Source: an uncultured Actinomycetes bacterium
GTDB lineage: Bacteria > Actinomycetota > Thermoleophilia > Gaiellales > Gaiellaceae
Direction: 5' to 3'
DNA: 64,000 nucleotides
Assembly: GCA_963707525.1 (NCBI GenBank)
Contig: CAVPQJ010000002.1
Span: 372,138-436,137, forward strand
Shown here: positions 29,911 to 40,016 of the stretch, one piece after another
How the letters are laid out: the number at the start of each line of letters is the position of its first letter
Position numbering within the stretch: the first letter of the stretch is position 1
The notes under the pieces: model-generated
Seen by the model: the letters and a program-made list of their open reading frames with translations, nothing else
Databases searched by the model: none
What the model was told of the DNA's origin: nothing
Translations under genes and position numbers: made by a program

Positions 29911-31579
29911 TCAAGCAGGACCGAGGGTGCGCCGCACTCGGCCGTGCAGCGCGAGGGCTGCAACGGCGAGAAGTGCCAGCAGGAGAGCCCATTTCGTGTG
30001 ATCGTCGAAGTGAACCGTGGCGAACGGCACGAGCAGGAAGCCCTCAGGGCGGAGCCGGAGAACGGCCCAGACGGCTGCCACGACGAGCCCGATCGCCGCC
30101 AGCAGGCCCCAGCGCTCGTGCACGAGGCGGTCGACGCGCAGGAGCTCCGGTGCACCGTGCTCGACGAGTATCCACGCGAGCACGGCCGCTCCGGCCATGA
30201 GCAGGTCCCGCCGCGAGAGGGGTAGGGGCGTCGCCATGATCGCGGCAGCCACCGCGACCAGCACGAGCGCATAGAACGGCACGATCGCGAGCCAGCCGTG
30301 GCCGACTCCGCCGAGGCTGACGACGGTTGGGACGAAGTTGCCGTGCACGATCCGCGACAGCCAGTGGCGCGTGTCGTCGTTCTGCAGCAGCGGCTCGGCG
30401 CTCGTCGCGACCACCATTGCTCCGGTCGAGATCAGCGCGAGCGCGCCGACCGTCGCGGGCGCGCGCCTCAGCGCCGGCGCGAGCGCGAAGCAGAGAAACG
30501 GCATCAGCGGGATCAGGAACCGCGGTCCGGGCGACCAGCCGCCGAGCGCGAAACCGACGGGATGCCGCGCCGAGTTCCAGATGAGCTCGACGAGCACGAG
30601 CGCGGCGATCAAGCCGGCCTCCGAGCGGAAACCTCGACGCCAGAGCAGCACGCAGCCGACCACGCCGGCCGCGACGACCGGTGTCATGACGAGCAAGCCG
30701 CGCTGGCTCAGCAGCAGCTCGACGAGAATGCGAAAGCTCGGCAGGCCCTGGCCGAAGAACCCCGTCGCCTGCCAGCCGCCGCTGGCGCCCTGGCCGGCCG
30801 TCCCCGAGTAGGGCAGATGAAACGGATTGCCGAACGCCCACGTGTCGAAGGCAAAGAGCGGGAGCAGTCCGACGACACCGCCCGCGGCGAATGCGGCCAG
30901 TCGTCGCAATCGCGGGCCTCGCGTGGCTGCATAGAGCCCGAGCAGCACAGCCGGCAGAGCGAGTGGCAGGTCGACCGCGACGGCGAGTCCGGCGGCCGCG
31001 CCTGCGCCGGCGATCCGCCAATAGTGCACCGTCGCTACGGAACAGGAGCCAGAACGAGAGAAATGCGAGTGCCGCGGCAGGCACGTGCGCGAAGAGCAGC
31101 GTCGAAAACGGAAGCACGAGCGTCCCGAGCCCCAGGATGGCCGCCACCGCGGTCCCGAGCCCGGGCTCGATCCACTCGACGGCCCGCCGGATGAGGAGCA
31201 GCAGTCCGATTCCCGGCAACACGACCGCCCACAAGCCGATCTGCCAGACCGCGCGGAGCGGCACGCCCGCCATCGCATCCGGATAGCGCAGGCCGGCATT
31301 TGGATTCGCCGGCACGGCGCCGACCGAGCGCAGCAGCAGATAGATCGGCGCAGACCACAGCTCGAGCGCGGGGCCTTTGGCGGCGTAGTAGTGACCGTTG
31401 ATCCGGACGAGGTCGCAGGTCTCGTTCTTGTAGCGGTCGATGTCCGGGTGCCCCTCGGCGATCGAGCGCGTCGCAGCGTAGTGCGCCGACTGGGCGCAGC
31501 CGACCGATTGCAGCGGCATCGCCCAGGCGAGGGCGATGGCGGCGATCGCGATGACGCCGAGTGTGGCGGGGCGGAACAT
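29911..31579 (-). pseudogene. Polytopic membrane protein, ArnT/PMT-like (GT-C) glycosyltransferase candidate, one frame break near 31042
   Basis: About 12 hydrophobic segments. N-terminal part in ORF 30044..31744 (MFRPATLGVIAIAAIALAWA...INGHYYAAKGPA...), the rest in ORF 29911..31299. Family call is from topology only. Confidence 0.5.
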
Positions 31580-31715
31580 CCGCGGAGACCTTACGGGCCG
31601 GGCTGACCGCACACCTGGGAGTGAATGCTTAGTGCTGCTTCCTCCCGGATCTGACACGGTTCGCACGCTCCCACTGCGCGGAGCCCGACCCGGCGGCAGT
31701 GTAGCGTTGCCCGCC

Positions 31716-32772
31716 GTGGTGAGCGGATACGGCGTCTTCTCCACCAGCGGCGGCGGCGCGCGAATCGGTTGGCGGGACGGCGACGAGGTCGTCGATCTTT
31801 CAGCGCTTGGCGACGTCTATGCGCAGCCGTCGCTCAATCCGCTGATGGCGCTCGGCCGAGCGGCGTGGGACGAAGCGCTCGCTGCTGCCCGCGTCCACGA
31901 TGGTCCGCGTGCGCGGCTCGACGCAGTGACCTTGCACCTGACCGTTCGAGGTTGCGGACTACGTCGACTTCTACTCGTCACTCGAGCACGCGACGAACAT
32001 GGGCCGGCTCTTCCGTCCGGATGGAGACCCACTGCCTCCCAACTGGCGCCGGCTTCCCGTCGGCTACCACGGACGCGCGGGCACCGTGGTCGTCACCGGC
32101 ACGGATGTGCGGCGCCCGCAAGGACAGCTCAAGCCGCCCGGCGAGGACGCTCCGGTGTACGCGCCTTCGCAGCGGCTCGACATCGAGCTCGAGCTCGGGT
32201 TCGTCGTTGGTGTGCCGAGCGCGCTCGGCGAGCCCGTGCCGGCGGAGCGCTTCGCCGACCACGTCTTCGGCGTCGTGCTCGTCAACGATTGGAGTGCACG
32301 TGACATTCAGGCCTGGGAGTACGTGCCGCTCGGGCCGTTTCTCGGCAAGTCGTTCCAGACGTCGATCTCTGCCTGGGTGACGCCGCTCGCGGTGCTCGAG
32401 GTACACCGCGTCGAGGCTCCGCCGCAGGATCCGCCTGTGCTCGGCTACCTGGCGGCCGGCCGTGACTGGGCGCTCGACATCGACCTGGAGATCGTGCTGA
32501 ACGGCGACGTGATCTCGCGCGGAAACTCTCGAACCCTCTACTGGACGATGCCGCAGCAGCTCGCGCATGCCACGTCGAACGGTGCATCTCTCCGGACCGG
32601 CGATCTGATGGCGACGGGCACGATTTCGGGCCCGGAGCCCGGATCGGAGGGATCGCTGATCGAGCTGACCCAGGGCGCGTTTCTCGAAGACGGCGACGAG
32701 GTGGTGCTCCGCGGCACGGCCGGAGAGATCGAGCTCGGCGAGGTCCGCGGCCGAGTCTTGCCCTCATTCTGA
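31716..32772 (+). pseudogene. fahA: Fumarylacetoacetase (FAH), one frame break near 31945
   Basis: FEVADYVDFYSSLEHATNMGRLF is recovered by a +1 shift. Then LPVGYHGRAGTVVVTG, DIELELGFVVG, VLVNDWSARDIQAWEY, GDLMATGTISGPE. Confidence 0.85.
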
Positions 32773-32835
32773 TCACCCCCCGTTTCATACCCGGGCCTAC
32801 GCTCTCTTCGTCCCGGGGCCGCCCAGGGTCTGGTC

Positions 32836-33177
32836 ATGGCGGCGACGATCCTCGTGAGTGAAGTGGACCCCGATGTGCGACGGCTGCTCGTGGTGCTGAT
32901 CGAGCGCCTGGGGCACGAGGCGCTCGTGCTCGACCCCGACGTCGTGGTTCCGCCACGTGCGGATCTCCTGCTCGTCGAGCCCGAGTCCACCATTGGTCTC
33001 GACCACGCGCGGCTCGTTCGCGCCTACTTCCCCGACCTGCCGGTGCTCTGCCTGAACGCCCTCCCGGCCGCCGGAAACTTCCTCACGCAAGGCCCGCTCG
33101 GGTACCTCCAGAAGCCCTTCACGGTCGATGTCATGCGGACGACGGTTCAGGCCGCCCTCGGCATGTCCCCCGTCTAG
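32836..33177 (+). CDS. Stand-alone receiver-like domain with Glu in place of the phospho-acceptor Asp (pseudo-receiver)
   Basis: ILVSEVDPDV..ADLLLVEPES..LCLNA..YLQKPF. This has the CheY-like beta-alpha pattern, but LLLVE replaces LLLxD and N replaces the conserved T/S. Confidence 0.7.
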   Translation: MAATILVSEVDPDVRRLLVVLIERLGHEALVLDPDVVVPPRADLLLVEPESTIGLDHARLVRAYFPDLPVLCLNALPAAGNFLTQGPLGYLQKPFTVDVMRTTVQAALGMSPV

Positions 33178-33232
33178 GGGAGACGTCATACGGTGGTCTG
33201 CGGATCACCTTTGCGGTTTCCGGGTCGATGCT

Positions 33233-33625
33233 ATGAGCATGAGCAATGCGAACCCTCTCGTTCTCATCGCGGACGACGATCCAGACATTCGCATGTTGGT
33301 TCGTCTGCGGCTCGAACGGTCCGGCTACACGGTCATCGCTGCGAATGACGGGCTGGAAGCCCTGGAGCTCGCGGCGGGCTGCGATCCCGATCTCGCCATT
33401 CTCGACGTGTCCATGCCGGGCCTCTCCGGCGTCGAGGTGACGCGGGCGCTTCGGGAGCGGCAGGCCACGTTTCCTGTCATCTTGCTGACCGCACACGCGC
33501 GCGAAGCGGATGTTGCTGCAGGTGAAGAAGCTGGAGCAAATGCGTACGTCACGAAGCCTTTCAGCCCGCAAGAGCTCGAGACCCGGGTTCGCGCGCTGAT
33601 GGAGCCCGCGTCCGCCTTGCCGTAA
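33233..33625 (+). CDS. Single-domain response regulator (CheY-like, canonical)
   Basis: LIADDDPDIR, LAILDVSMPGLSG, ILLTAH, YVTKPF. Confidence 0.9.
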   Translation: MSMSNANPLVLIADDDPDIRMLVRLRLERSGYTVIAANDGLEALELAAGCDPDLAILDVSMPGLSGVEVTRALRERQATFPVILLTAHAREADVAAGEEAGANAYVTKPFSPQELETRVRALMEPASALP

Positions 33626-33661
33626 TCGGCATGCGCAACCCGAGATCGGCACGATAGAGGC

Positions 33662-35510
33662 ATGGCCCCGACCGTAGTGGCGCATCGAGCGCTCGTCGAG
33701 CACCTGCCGCTCGTTACGTACATGGTCCGTCTCGAGGCACCGTCGCGTGCGGTGTTCGTCAGTCCTCAGATCGAGCCCGTGTTCGGTTTCACGACGGAGG
33801 ATTTCGAGGCGGCGGATTTCTGGGAACGGCGCATGGCGCCGAGGATCTTCCGCGCTTCCTCACCGCCTTCGCCGAGCTGCGCGAGAAGCACGGGCAGATG
33901 TCGGTCGAATACCGGGTCACGACACGAGCCGGTCGCGAGGTGTGGGTACGCGACGTCGGCATCGTCCATCGCGCCGATGACGGCGAGTTCTACGTCCACG
34001 GTTACCTCACCGATGTGACGCGCGAGAAGGAGCTCGAGCGCGAGCAGGAGCAGTACCGGCGCCTGATCGAACAGCTGCCGCTCGTCACGTACGTGAACAC
34101 CCTCGTGCCGGACGTGAAGGCGAGGTCGACCTATGTGAGCCCGCAGATCGAGGAGCTCTTCGGCTACCCGGTCGAGTTGTGGCTCGACAACGCAGAGCTC
34201 TGGGATCCGACCTTGCACCCGGATGACCTCGAGCTCGTCGACGGTGGCGAGCAGCTGGCGCGCGATCGAGGCGAGCCGTTCGAGCTCGAGTACCGGATCG
34301 TCCGCGCGGACGGCACCGTCCGCTGGGTGCTCGATCAGATGCACACGCTGTACGACGCCGAGGGCACGCCGCTCTACGAGCAAGGCTTCCTCGTCGACGT
34401 CACCGAGCGCAAGGAAAGCGCGAACCTGTTCCAGGCCGTCTTCGACGGAGCCTTCGAGGCGATGATCATCTCGAACGACGAAGGCACCTACGTCGATGTC
34501 AACCCGGCCGCCTGCGAGCTCATCGGTCGCACGCGCGACGAGCTGCTCGGCTTGAAGCTCGGAGCGCTGAGCGGGTTGGAGGGGAACGTCGAGGAGGCCT
34601 GGCGCTCGCTGCTCAGAGGACGGCTCGGTGAAGGGGCAGTACGAGTTCACCCGGCCCGACGGGGTCGTGCGCGAGGTCGAGTTCTCGGCGAGAGCGAATG
34701 CGTTGCCCGGGAAGCACATCGCAGTGCTTGCGAGACGTCACCGAGCGCAGGCAGCTCGAACGCGACCTCTGGCGCGCGCAGCGCCTCGAAAGCGTCGGCC
34801 GCCTCGCGGGCGGTGTCGCGCAGGACTTCAACAACCTCCTCACGGCGATCCGCGGCTACGCGCAGCTGCTGATCGCGCAGGTCGAGCCGGGAAGCGTCGA
34901 GCATCACCACGCAGGCGAGATCGACCACGCGGCAGATCGCGCCGCCGCGCTGACGGCCCAGCTGCTCGCGTTCGGCCGCCGCCAGGTTCTGCAGGCTCGC
35001 CCGGCCGAGCTCAAGCGACTGGTCGAGAATCTCGAGGGCGTGCTCTCCCGCCTCGTCGGAGACGAGGTCGAGCTCGAGTTCGAGCTGAACCCGGGAGTCA
35101 ACCCGGTGCGCATCGACGCGGGGCAGATCGAGCAGGTGCTCGTCAACCTCGTCGTCAATGCCGCTGACGTCACACCTGCCGGCGGGCGTATCGTCGTTCG
35201 CACCGCGACGTCGGATGCGGCCTCGCTCGACGACCTGCCGGAGGGCCGTTACGCCGTCCTCTCGGTCCAGGATTCGGGGCCGGGCATCGACGAGTCAGCG
35301 CTCGAGCATCTCTTCGAGCCGTTCTTCACGACGAAGGATGTCGGCGGAGGCGTCGGCCTCGGCCTCGCGACCGCGTACGGGATCGCAAAGCAGAGCGGCG
35401 GCACGATCTCCGTCACAACGGCTGCCGGCGTCGGGTCGACGTTCGCGGTGTTCCTCCCGGAAGCGTCCGCGGCGCGGGCGGATGACAGAGCCTGCCGCCG
35501 GCGCGGGTGA
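33662..35510 (+). pseudogene. Three-PAS sensor histidine-kinase-like protein with Gln at the H-box His position. Frame breaks near 33838, 34612 and 34730.
   Basis: PAS cores (LPLVTYMVRLE.., LPLVTYVNTLV..HPDDLELV.., FQAVFDGAFEAMIISN). The DHp box is LAGGVAQDFNNLL (CAG codon) where the neighbouring kinase has AHDFNN. N-box NLVVNA, G1 DSGPGI, G2 GGVGLGL. Confidence 0.8.
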
Positions 35511-35796
35511 GACGATCGTCGTCGTCGAGAGCAACCCTGCCGTCCGCGACGTGCTCTTCGAAGTTCTGTCGGACGCCGGCTATCGCGCCATCACGACGGC
35601 CACTCCAACCGATGCGATGCGGGTCTCCGAGCATCTGGACCGTCCGATCGACCTCGTGCTCACCGAGCTGGACGAGACGCGTGCTGCCGCCCTGGCGGAG
35701 TCGCTCGGCGCTGCGCGGGCGCTGACACTCCAGAAGCCGTACTCGCCGGAGCGCCTGCGCGATGCCGTCCGGGGCGTGCTCGACGCATCCGAATAG
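35482..35796 (+). CDS. Degenerate receiver-like domain. It is either the C-terminal domain of the preceding kinase (needs a +1 shift) or a separate ORF starting at ATG 35482.
   Basis: ETIVVVESNPAVRDVL...IDLVLTELDE...LTLQKPYSP. There is an acidic pocket and Lys, but Glu sits at the acceptor position. It lies in the +1 frame relative to the kinase and overlaps it by 29 nt. Confidence 0.55.
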   Translation: MTEPAAGAGETIVVVESNPAVRDVLFEVLSDAGYRAITTATPTDAMRVSEHLDRPIDLVLTELDETRAAALAESLGAARALTLQKPYSPERLRDAVRGVLDASE

Positions 35797-35905
35797 GGTG
35801 ACCGGCATCCCCGATTCGGAGGATGCAGACGCAACGATCCGTCGTAGGCCGAAATGACGGTCGGCGCCTAGCGCGAGCACCCGGATTCCGTCGAAGCTTC
35901 CCCCG

Positions 35906-37492
35906 ATGGATGTTTCGCTGTCAGAAAAGGAGCTCGAGCGCCGCGTCGCGGAGCGGACGGCGGAGCTCGTCGCTGCGTTGCAGAAGAGCGAAGCGCGCTT
36001 TCGCGCGCTGATCGAGAACTCGATCGACGTCACGGCGATCCTCGATGCCGACATGCGGGTGCAGTACGTCAGCCCGTCGGTGACGCGCATACTCGGCTAC
36101 TCGGCGGACGAGATCACGGGCTCGGCCTCGCTCGATTTCGTTCATCCGGAGGATGCGGCAGTGGTCGGCCGAGCTCTTCACCCGCGAGCTCGACGAGCCG
36201 AGCGTCATGCAGACGGATCAGTTCCGCGCGCGCCACAAGGACGGAACCTGGCGGCTGATGGACGCTGTCGGGCTCAACCTGCTCGCGGATCCCGGCGGTG
36301 CTCGGCATGGTCATCACAGCCCGCGACGTCACGGCGCGCCGCGCGCTCGAGGAGCGGCTCAAGCAATCCGAGCGTCTCGAGGCGGTCGGCCAGCTCGCCG
36401 GCGGGGTGGCTCACGATTTCAACAACGTTCTGCTCGTGATTCGCGGCTACAGCAGCGTCCTGCGTTCCGCGCTCACCGATCCGCAGCACATCGCGGACGT
36501 CGACGAGATCGCGAAGGCAGCCGACCGCGCTGCCGAGTTGACGCGCCAGTTGCTCGCCTTCGGCCGTCGCCTTGTCCTCGAGCCGCGTCTGCTCAGCCTG
36601 GCCGAGGTCGTTGGCAGCATGCAGAAGCTGCTTGCCCGAACGATGCCGGCGCGACATCGCGGTCGAGATCGCCGTCGCGGACGGCGTCGCACCGGTCGTC
36701 GCCGATCCTGCGCAGATCGAAGACGTGATCTTGAACCTCGCTTTCAACGCGCGTGACGTCTTGGAGGGCGGCGGGACGGTCACGCTCTCCGTCGACGAGA
36801 CGACCGTGAGCGGTGCGGAGGAAGGAATCGCTCCTCCGCTCACGCCGGGGCGCTACGTCACGCTCTCGGTTGCCGACGACGGCCCCGGCATCGCCGAGGA
36901 CGTCCTGCCGCACATCTTCGAGCCGTTCTTCACGACGAAGCAGGACGGAATCGGTACCGGCCTCGGGCTCTCGACGGTGTACGGAATCGTTGCGCAGAGT
37001 GGCGGCGGCATGGAGGTGTCCACATCCGAGTCGGGCGGCGCGCGATTCACGATCTATCTGCCCGCGGCGACGGGCCCGCTCGAGGACGGGGCGTGGGGAC
37101 CCACGGCCGGATCCCTCGCGGGCGGCGCAGAGACGATTCTGCTCGTCGAGGACGAGGCCCCGGTGCGCGAGCTCGTTCGCCGCGTCCTCGAGAGCCTCGG
37201 CTACGTCGTCCTCGCCGCGGGGCTGCCGAGCGAGGCGGAGCGCTTGCTCGAGGAGACTGCCAAGGTCGACCTCCTGCTCACGGACATCGTGATGCCGGAG
37301 ATGAGCGGCTACGACCTTGCGGAGCGCATCGGCGCGCAGCGCCCGGATGTGCGCCGGCTCTTCATCTCGGGCTATGCGCCTCGCGTGCAGCAGGTCAAGG
37401 GCCCGCTGCTCAAGAAGCCGTTCGCGCCCGAGCAGCTCGCGCGCGCCGTGCGCGCCGCGCTCGACGACAACGGACTGGTGGAGATTGCATGA
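35906..37492 (+). pseudogene. Hybrid sensor histidine kinase (PAS-HisKA-HATPase-REC), frame breaks near 36160, 36293 and 36650
   Basis: FRALIENSIDVTAILD (PAS), LAGGVAHDFNNVL (H-box), NLAFNA, DDGPGI, GTGLGLS, then ETILLVEDE..DLLLTDIVMPEMSG..FISGY..LLKKPF. Confidence 0.85.
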
Positions 37493-37504
37493 GCACGTGA
37501 ACGC

Positions 37505-38471
37505 GTGCTGTGCGTCGACGACGATGAGCAGGTACGGGCGCTGATCAGGCGCGTGGTGGTCGCCGCTGGATACGAGTGCATTGGGGCCGGCACGGTCGAC
37601 GACGCGCGGCGATTGCTTGCGGACGAGGAGTTCTCCGTTGTGCTGTGCGACATCGGTCTTCCTGGCAGCTCCGGACTCGAGCTGCTCGACGAGCTCGGAC
37701 GGACACGACCGGACATCGCGACGATCATGGTCACCGGGCACGACCACGTCGGCATCGTCGATGCAGCGCTGAAGCTCGGCGCCTTCGGCTACATCACGAA
37801 GCCGTTCGCCCCCAACGACCTGATGATCGACATCTCGAACGCGCTTCACCGCCGGCGGATCGAAGCCGAGCGCCGCGAAGCAGCAGAGTCCGCGCTGCAA
37901 CGCGCGTATGCGGGAACCCTCAGCCGGCTCAGCCGCGCTGTCGAGTATCACGACGGGGCGACCGGCGCGCATCTCGAGCGCGTGGGCTCCTTTACAGCCG
38001 ACATTGCGACTGCACTCGGGCTGCCGGAGGCGCAAGTGGAGCTCCTGCGCTTGGCGGCGCCGCTGCACGACATGGGGAAGATCGCCGTCGGCGACCGAAT
38101 CCTGCGCAAGACCGGAATGCTGACCGACGACGAGCGGGACCTGATGGAGCAGCACACCGAGATCGGCCGCGATCTGCTCGGCGACTCGGGCAGCGAGCTG
38201 CTCGAGCTGGCCGCGACCATCGCCTGGACGCACCACGAGCGCTGGGACGGAAGCGGCTACCCGCGCGGTCTCAAGGGCGACGAGATCCCGCTCGCAGGAC
38301 GCATCGTCGCAGTCGCGGACGTGTTCGACGCGCTCTCGAGCGATCGTCCGTACCGCCCACGGCTTTCGGTCGAGGAGGCGCAGGCCTGGATCCTCGACGG
38401 CTCCGGGCACCGCGTTCGACCCGGACGTGGTCGAGGCGTTCGTGCTCTCGATGGACCTGGTCGCCGCATGA
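37505..38471 (+). pseudogene. Response regulator with HD-GYP domain (putative c-di-GMP phosphodiesterase), one inserted base near 38408
   Basis: LCVDDDEQVR..VVLCDIGLPGSSG..IMVTGH..YITKPF. HD-GYP motifs: AAPLHDMGKI, HHERWDGSGYPRGL. The tail GTAFDPDVVEAFVLSMDLVAA* appears after the shift. Confidence 0.85.
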
Positions 38472-39088
38472 GCATCACCTGCGTCATCGCGGACGACCAT
38501 CCGCCGGTTCTCCAGTTTCTCTCGCGCTATCTCAGCAACAACGGGATCACGATCACGGCGAGCGCGCGGGACGGTGACGAGGCGCTGCGGAAGATCGTGG
38601 AGACCAAGCCGACGGTCGCCGTGCTCGATGCGCGCATGCCGCGCGTGTCCGGGCTCGACGTCCTGCGTGCGCTGACCGAGTCGAAGTCGTCGACGCGCGT
38701 GATCCTCTACACCGGTTACGGCGACGATGCATTGCTGAGCGACGCGCTCGACGCCGGCGTTGCCGGCGTGCTCGACAAGGAGGCGCCGCCCGACGATCTC
38801 GTGCGCGCGATCAAGATCGTCGCCGAGGGTGGCACGTATCTGGATCCGATCGCGGCCGCTGCGCTCATCCAGCAACGGCGGCGCAACCGCAACCGCGAGC
38901 TCACGCAGCGCGAGCGGGATGTCCTGCGCCTCCTCGCCGAGGGAAACACGAACAACCAGATCGGCGCAGTGCTGACGATCTCGCCTCAGACGGTGCGCAC
39001 GCACGTGCAGAAGGCGATGGAGAAGCTCGGCGCGACGACCCGCGTGCAGGCTGTCGCCATTGCCCTGCGCGAGTCCCTGATCAGCTAG
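38468..39088 (+). CDS. NarL/FixJ-family response regulator (REC + LuxR HTH)
   Basis: CVIADDHPP, VAVLDARMPRVSG, ILYTGY, LDKEAP. HTH: LTQRERDVLRLLAEGNTNNQIGAVLTISPQTVRTHVQKAMEKLG. ATGA overlap with the upstream gene. Confidence 0.9.
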   Translation: MSITCVIADDHPPVLQFLSRYLSNNGITITASARDGDEALRKIVETKPTVAVLDARMPRVSGLDVLRALTESKSSTRVILYTGYGDDALLSDALDAGVAGVLDKEAPPDDLVRAIKIVAEGGTYLDPIAAAALIQQRRRNRNRELTQRERDVLRLLAEGNTNNQIGAVLTISPQTVRTHVQKAMEKLGATTRVQAVAIALRESLIS

Positions 39089-39117
39089 CAGCGACCAGGG
39101 ACCCTGCGAAGAGAGCT

Positions 39118-39870
39118 TCAGCGACTGACGAAGGAGCTGAGGAAGCCGCGAGCGGACGCACTGTCGAGCCGCGTCGCGGTTGCATTGCCCTTGCACACCG
39201 GGTTGCCGCCGCTCGTCACGGAGACGACCGTCGAGCTGCCGGGGAGGTACTGGGGGCCGCCGGAGTCGCCGAAGCAGAGCTGTGCTCCGGTCTGTGAGCT
39301 GATCCGCAGGAGCGTCGCCGTCTGAGACACGACCGGCATCGCCGCCGCGTGGCGGAGTCCGTCGTAGGCGAAGCCCTTGCCGAGCAGCCCCGAGTAGCCG
39401 TAGCCGACGCTGAGAGGCGCGACTCCATCCTTGGCGAGGCGATCGGCGGCACCGGCAGTGGGGAGCGTTGCGGGCGCGACCGGAGCGTTCTCGTCGAGCA
39501 CGATCACGCCGAGGTCGTGCGGGTCGGAACTGTCGTGACCGAAGGCCGGATCGGTGACCGCGGTGCCGTGCATCGGCGTCCACGATCCGGGATCGAGGGC
39601 GTCGCCGAAGACGACATAGGCGCCGCCTGCGGCGAGAGCGTAGTTCGTGCAGTGACCGGCGGTCAGGAACACACGCGGCGCGACGAGCACGCCGGAGCAC
39701 TCCGGAACGAGCCCGTTCGGACTAGGGACGAGCAGCGCACCCGCGGCCGGATGCTGCCCGGCGTCCAGGTTGCCGCCGATGACGCCTTGCGCGGCGGCGG
39801 TCGCTGTGAGCGCGACCGTCACCGCCACCAGCGAGAACAGTGTTCGAACGTTGATGACGTACCTCCGCAT
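39118..39870 (-). CDS. Secreted trypsin-like serine protease (S1 family)
   Basis: Signal peptide ...ALTATAAAQG followed by VIGG. Catalytic triad context: LTAGHC, DLGVIVL, GDSGGP. Confidence 0.9.
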   Translation of the reverse strand: MRRYVINVRTLFSLVAVTVALTATAAAQGVIGGNLDAGQHPAAGALLVPSPNGLVPECSGVLVAPRVFLTAGHCTNYALAAGGAYVVFGDALDPGSWTPMHGTAVTDPAFGHDSSDPHDLGVIVLDENAPVAPATLPTAGAADRLAKDGVAPLSVGYGYSGLLGKGFAYDGLRHAAAMPVVSQTATLLRISSQTGAQLCFGDSGGPQYLPGSSTVVSVTSGGNPVCKGNATATRLDSASARGFLSSFVSR

Positions 39871-39895
39871 TGAGTCGAGAGAAAGGGGTGGGCGA

Positions 39896-40000
39896 CTAGC
39901 GGCCGCCGCTGAAGCCGTAGCCCCACTTGAGGCCGCCGACGAGCGATGCGAGCGCGATGGCCGGAAGGGCCACGCGAGTGATGATCGAGAAATAACGCAT
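39896..40000 (-). CDS. 34-codon small ORF (hydrophobic N-half, aromatic/Gly C-tail), absent from the ORF track
   Basis: ATG at 40000 to TAG at 39896: MRYFSIITRVALPAIALASLVGGLKWGYGFSGGR. It is preceded by AAGGAGGTG plus a 7-nt spacer, and that SD begins immediately after the TPR gene stop. Confidence 0.6.
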   Translation of the reverse strand: MRYFSIITRVALPAIALASLVGGLKWGYGFSGGR

Positions 40001-40007
40001 GTGCATT

Positions 40008-40016
40008 CACCTCCTT
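40008..40016 (-). promoter_or_regulatory. Shine-Dalgarno element AAGGAGGTG for the 34-codon ORF
   Basis: The reverse complement of cacctcctt is AAGGAGGTG. It sits 7 nt upstream of the ATG and directly abuts the upstream TAG (40017-40019). Confidence 0.6.

Noticed and set aside
36593-39700. 1035-aa minus-strand ORF
   Set aside because: It lies antisense to the hybrid kinase, the REC-HD-GYP gene and the NarL regulator, and runs into the real S1 protease region in a different frame. The composition is Arg-rich with no recognisable motifs.
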